From Diplonema japonicum (lineage: Eukaryota > Protista > Euglenozoa: Diplonemea): a stretch of 64,000 bases of DNA. The position numbers and the translations under genes are program-made. The notes under the pieces were generated by a model, which worked only from the letters and a program-made list of their open reading frames with translations, did not search any database and was not told the origin of the DNA. Below, piece by piece: positions 58,790 to 64,000 of the stretch (position 1 is the first letter of the stretch; every line of letters begins with the position of its first letter). Where the stretch lies: NCBI GenBank assembly GCA_964019335.1, contig OZ025730.1:62001-126000 (forward strand), in the 5' to 3' direction.

Positions 58790-61700
58790 TCACTGGTAAC
58801 AGTCGTCATCATCAAACGCAACTTCAACGAAATCTTGGGGTTCATCTTTTGGTATCTGCATTGCATGTTTTTTTTTTTTTTTTTATTTTATTATTTTTTT
58901 TTTTTTTTTTATTTCACTCTTCAGAAATTACTTCACGCACTGGGGGGCCCATTACTTCACGCTAAATCTCATTACTTCACGGTGAAATAATGGCCTGTTT
59001 TCCGTGAAGTAATAGGGGGTTTCCGTTAAATAATATGCCTCGGTAGGCCAATTTTTGCCTCGGTTCGGTTCCCAGTGGGGCTACTTTTTCCTCTCAGTTT
59101 GCTATTTCCCCCCAGGTTCAGCTCAATTGGCCAACTTTTGCCTCGGCTCAGTTCCAAGTTGGACTACTTTTTCCTCCCAATTTACCCACTTTTGGCTAGG
59201 CCTTGTTCCCAGTTTCTGTGGGTAACTCTTCTGTGGGTAAGGGTACTTAGTCAGCTTACCCAAGCACCCCAAAAGACTTCAAAATACCGAAGCAGCAGAA
59301 AAAAAGGAGCCAGCGGCCGCGCTAGGTATGGGAAGGCCTGATTAGAGATGGTGACAGTGGCAATGCCAGCGACAGCGGCAGCTCTTAGTCAACAAAAGGA
59401 GGAAAAACAACTTGTATTGTAACCTTTGTAACCCCTCTCTTGTTGTACCCCTTGTCACCCTGTTGTGCCCCTCGTGGTGAAGTAATTTCAGAGTGTCGTG
59501 AAATAAAACCACTTACCTACCGCCAAGTAATGCTTTACCGACCTCTCGGTTCCGCATTTTACCATCTCGGGCCCTGCGGGCCCTCGACGGTAAAATGCGG
59601 AACCTCGAGGTAACGGTAAAGTCATTACTTGTTGGCAGTAAATAGCTAAAGGGGCCCCCTGAATAATCCCTTTATTTGGGCAGTGGAGGGGGGGTGTTAG
59701 GGCTCCAAAAAAAAAGAATTGTTTGGAATACACTTATTTGGGTTGTATTTATTTGGGCTGGGGGGCCTGCCACATGGAAAGCAGGGAGCAGGGCTTAGAG
59801 CACTTTGGAAATCTTAACATGCCAAATCGTGCCAAGACTTTTTTCATGCCCTTTTTTTTTCCAAGGGAAATTTTAACAGTTTTTCTCCCAGGCTGTGGAG
59901 AACCCACAAACGTTGCAGACAAACTGCCTGGTTTTGGCATTAGGTGGTTGCTGGGAGGTTGCTGGGGTCTGAGAGGCTTGAGAAACTGTCAGGGCTTGAG
60001 AAGCTGCAAGGGCTTGGGAGGCTGCTGGAGTCTCATCAGGTGTAGTGTCCATTGTAACACCTGCAACAACATTCTGTGCTGCACTGTCTAAACTTTGCTA
60101 AGTGCCCTTAGCTGTATGGCCTCCTCAGAACTACCTGGAAGGTAGCCGTGAGATTGCATATAGCTAAAGGTGTTGAGCAGTTGCATGACCTTTCTCATGT
60201 GCTTGCCCTATCCACAGTGCCACGTTGACTCGGCACTCTGCTGCAGTCATCAACGTCCCACCTCGGCTGCTTGGGGCATGCCACAGCCCCCCTTAACCCC
60301 TCAAAATGGTGAGAAGCAGCCTCACAATACAGACTTTTCCTTTTCAATCGATTGTTATATTTGTACTAATAAAATATAGCGTGCATGATGGCACTGATCA
60401 AGCAACTGGCACCTTCTGAAGAAGGGCCTCCCACGTCTGCTGGGTTGAGCAGAGGATGCCCCAGGGTGGCCGTTCCAGTCTGATCATGTCACACTATAAT
60501 ATATTTCTCATCTTCTATGGCTCACTGGGCCAGCACTCTTACTTGTGTAAGCAGCCTCACAATACTGCCAGTGGGCTACGACACAACTTTGGGATCTTGC
60601 TCAGGAATGGAATATTGACATTGTGGGCCATGAAACAAAGCAAATACTGGATAAGTTGTCAACACATGAATGCACATGTCCTTCTGGCAATGCAGAAGCA
60701 CCCAGGCCACCCACAAGCGCCTTTGAACTAAGTGGTTCTGTGAAATTTTGAACCGTTCATCACAAACCAGCTAGCTTCTTGCATTAAGAAAAATAGTCCC
60801 CCACAATAACCCAGGTGCCAAACCCTGTGGTCCCTGTTCAAAATGCAAAGGAATTGCTCATAAGTGCCCAAAACCAGGTGAAAATCGACTTTTTGGTCAA
60901 AAAAGGGGTGTCATAATGGGTTAGGTAGGCTAGTACCCTGCACAGGCATAACTGAGAAAAGCCCATTGCATGACTACCATGTGACCCCCCCCACCCTGGT
61001 CCCCCCAAAAAAAAAAGAAAGGGGGTTGGGAATTATTTGGGAAATTTGGAGTGGAAAAATCCCCCAAAAAAAAAAGAATTATTTGGGAAAAAACACATTA
61101 TTTGGGAGGGAATTATTCAGGCCCCCCCTTTATTTTTTTTTTTTTTTTCCCCCTCCCTCACACCTCATCGTTTCTGTTTTCATTATCGTTGTCATCAGAT
61201 GCTTCTGCCCGCCAGGCGAGCTCTGGGATCTGGTTTTTTTTTTTTTTTTTTTTTTTTTTTCCCAAACACACCTTGTCCGTGTCCAAGCTAGCCGTCTGTG
61301 CCCGGCATGTCGCAGTAATCCTTGCCGCTGCCTCAGTAGCTAACAGGTCCTGGTTCGCCGATATCATGCCTCCCAGCTTCGTGGCGTACTCGGCAGTAGT
61401 GTCACCATGCCGCAGCTCCGTGAGAGTCTTATTTGTCTTCAGCATTTCAAGTGCCGCCTCCGAGACATCCTTCTCAAAAGCAACATCGGATATATTAAGT
61501 GATGTAAGAGACGTGTTGTCTGTGAGCCCAGCAAGAAGACACATCGCTCCGGGTTTCAAAGAAACAGCTTTCGGCCCCATACAGAAAGGGGAGTTGTGCT
61601 TGAAAGAGTGCGACAAATCGAGTTTTTTCAAGGTGCTTGTTGGGAGAGATTTCGCAAGTGCTTCAAATGTTTCGTTGGTCAACCTGTTTCGAGCAAGCTT

Positions 61701-62657
61701 CAGCGAAACCAATGGAGTGTTCGATGCCAGAGATGTGGCTACAGCGACACCACCGGCATCGCCGATAAGGTTACCCGTAAGGTCAAGCGATGTAAGGGAT
61801 TTTGTTTGCATGATGTAAGCGGAGCATTGAGCCATGCATTCTCGCATTCCATCCTCGAACCCGCCTAGCAGGAATGTTAGCCCGAGAGATGTTAAAGTAT
61901 TGTTTTCAGTTAGTTTCGAGAATAGCTCACGGATATCATGGGGTTTCACCCCAACGAACAGACAGTCCCCCCTGCGAGCCTGCCCGTGTTCCCCGGTTAT
62001 AACTAGATTTCGAAGGGTCGCGTTGCTGGCCAGCCCGTTTCCAAGGGACATTACACTTGATGATTCCACAGGAAGTGAGCCCCCACCGATGCATAGCTCC
62101 ACGGTGACGAGTCCTGTGTTTTTGCACAGAGTGTCGCCAAGAGCAGCAAGGGATGCGGAACCTAAAATGTTACCATCCACCTTCAGTGTTTTTAGTGTGT
62201 TGTTCGAGTCACGTAACGATTCACAAATATCTGTGAAACCCGTATCGGTTATATTGTTGTGGGAAATTGATAGGTATTGCATCGTGCTGCAGCTTGGTGC
62301 ACGGAGAGCTCGTGATACGGCGGTTGCTCCCTCGTCGCCGAAGCCTCGGCTGATTAGTTCTAATCGTTTGAGTGAGTGTGTTGTGCTGAGCCGCATTGCG
62401 ATTTTTCGCACGTCGTTGCCCCCCAGTGCCCCGCTGTTTTTTTGACAGCCCGGTCGATATTCCCAGCTGGAACCGCCGATGCAAGGTATGCTCGAGACCC
62501 CGCTGTTAAGGTCAGCGATGATGCTCGAGACGCATTTCGGGTTGTTCTTCTCCTTGATTTTCAGCTCCCTCCGCTTCTTGCTCTTCATCGCTACGGAGGT
62601 GGGGCTGGTGTCCTCCTCCATCATCTCATTTTGTACGCACACACAGTGGTTGCCCAT
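58790..62657 (-). CDS. RNI-like leucine-rich-repeat protein with N-terminal acylation motif
   Basis: MGNHCVC; repeats such as LTSLDLTGNLIGDAGG. Intron 61230-61271; a probable 2.3-kb TE-filled intron 58856-61163 leads to last exon 58790-58855 (IPKDEPQDFVEVAFDDDDCYQ*). The terminal exon is inferred. Confidence 0.8.
58909..59650 (+). mobile_element. Crypton-like family A, most complete copy
   Basis: Near-identical to 15561-16240 but with the intact inner hairpin GGTTCCGCATTTTACC..GGGCCC-TGC-GGGCCC..GGTAAAATGCGGAACC (59548-59604). Confidence 0.8.
59651..61128. mobile_element. Degenerate TIR DNA transposon, CpG-depleted
   Basis: Imperfect TIRs GGGGCCCCCTGAATAATCCCT / AGGGAATTATTCAGGCCCCCCC; repeated TTATTTGGG subterminal motifs; minus-strand coding remnant (ASQA repeats, FVCNVCGFST). 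Confidence 0.6.
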
Positions 62658-62878
62658 TTTCTTTTTTTTTTTTGTGTTTTTGTTTTTTGTTCCCCCCCTC
62701 CCCTCACACACACACACACACCTCCCGGCGGGGTTCTGTGTTTTTTTTTTTTTTTTTTTTTTTTGTAATTTAAAAAAAAAAAACTTTTATATAAATATAA
62801 GAGAAGAGTTAGTCGTTTCTTTGAGCGAAAAGAATATAATATATATATGGGTCGATTTCAAAAACCCCCCCCCAAAAT

Positions 62879-64000
62879 GAGGCCAACTGACACTTTCGTT
62901 GCATCTTTGGGCATGCCGCCCCCTTTAAAAAAAATTCTCCATATTTCCCGGCCCATATTAGGAAAGAACCCGGGTCAGAAATCGCTCAAGGGTGCTATTT
63001 TGACCTATGAAAAATTCAGTCTTAGGGTCAAAATCGGGTTTTAGTGGTTTTGGTAAAGTCAGAGAGTATGCTTTCAATAGCAAGAAATAGCGAAACTCAC
63101 TGCTAGAAGGTGGCTGAAATGATGTTGGAAGTGGAAACCTTCATTTCCTAGTCTTCTGCGGCTGAGATGTGCTGCTGCTGAGTGGGCGACCTCGTTTCTT
63201 TTTCATACTATTAGGCCTTCTACCGCATTTTGGGGGGGTTTTAAGAGGCTCATTCATAGGTGTACTTGGTGCTTTGGGCTTGTCATGGGGTGGCGAGTAT
63301 TTTCGTAATTTGGTTACTATTCTTTCTCGTTTTTCAAGTCCGGGAAGGCTATCAGGAACGTCCTCATACTCATCACAAGATTCATAGACTGGGGGCCTTT
63401 TCTCTGCCCTGTCTGCATCGAGTTCTTTGATGATGTACTTTAGTTCTTTCTAGCTCGTGGACCCGCACGTAGCAAATACACCCTCCGGTGTGCTCCTGAG
63501 CTCATATGCACCTGTAAAATCCGGAAACTCAAGAATTTTCTTTTTGTACGGGCCAAAGACATCAGTAACTACATGCACGGCACACCGTATCGTATTGGTG
63601 ATGTTAGCTATTTGTTCCACAGTTTTAATTGTTGTGGAACGAGGCACCCAAAACCAAACACGAGAGAGCACACCAAAGTGGCTGTCCCTGTTGTTTTTGC
63701 CGTGTTTCTCCCCCAGAAACCACAGGGAAAACGTCCGATCGGGATATACATAACGAAGACCAAAAAGAACAAAGTAGCAAAATTCCTTTGCACGAAAGTG
63801 ACGTCCACCGTCAGTCCAGAGTATCCACTCCATTTTTTTCTTTATTTTTTTCTGTGCCCATGCTACTGTGGAACAAGACTTTTCCAACAGTAAGGCCAGC
63901 TGCCCTTATTTCATCATGTGTGATGTGGTCAAGCCTCATGCCTCTGACCAATTGGCGCCGTGTGGTGTCTTGTTGGCTACTAAATCAACCAGAAAATGAC
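62879..64000 (-). mobile_element. Sola-like (Sola2-type) DDD transposase pseudogene and element end
   Basis: WTDGGRHFR..FLGEKHGKNNRDSHFG matches my recollection of the Sola2-type DG..HGK..D motif. In-frame stops present; candidate terminus GAGGCCAACTGACAC at 62879. Superfamily call not verified. Confidence 0.6.

Noticed and set aside
1-64000. tRNA, rRNA, snRNA genes; alternative genetic code
   Set aside because: None recognised by eye. Long ORFs read cleanly in the standard code, and apparent premature stops are explained by introns or TE decay.

Overview
Eukaryotic nuclear DNA, most likely from a euglenozoan (diplonemid-like). This is an inference from three things: about 21 protein genes all on the minus strand, sparse short GT-AG introns with GTRTG donors, and bacterial-type enzymes. 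GC-balanced exons alternate with spacers dominated by A/T/G/C homopolymer runs. Recognisable genes are insulysin (partial), a class-3 lipase, an Ariadne RBR ligase, a PDZ+PX protein, a PCIF1-like methyltransferase, a secreted glycosidase-like protein, an MFS transporter, a TAF9-like histone fold, NAA35/Mak10, a four-domain EEEE Ca2+ channel, an EF-hand USP, a RING-H2 protein, an amidohydrolase-3, a C-terminal F-box protein, kinesin-14 and an LRR protein. I reconstructed 18 introns by hand. Most are 37-61 nt homopolymer mini-introns, many with poly(A) rather than polypyrimidine running up to the 3' AG. They are mostly phase 0 and strongly skewed to gene 3' ends, and A-tracts also precede most start codons. 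Mobile DNA comprises a Crypton-like (tyrosine-recombinase) family with terminal hairpins (5 copies, 3 intronic), sense-oriented non-LTR retrotransposon fragments, a CpG-depleted TIR element, a Sola-like transposase relic and several short co-oriented intergenic repeats. All gene models and family calls are manual and unverified by search or RNA data.
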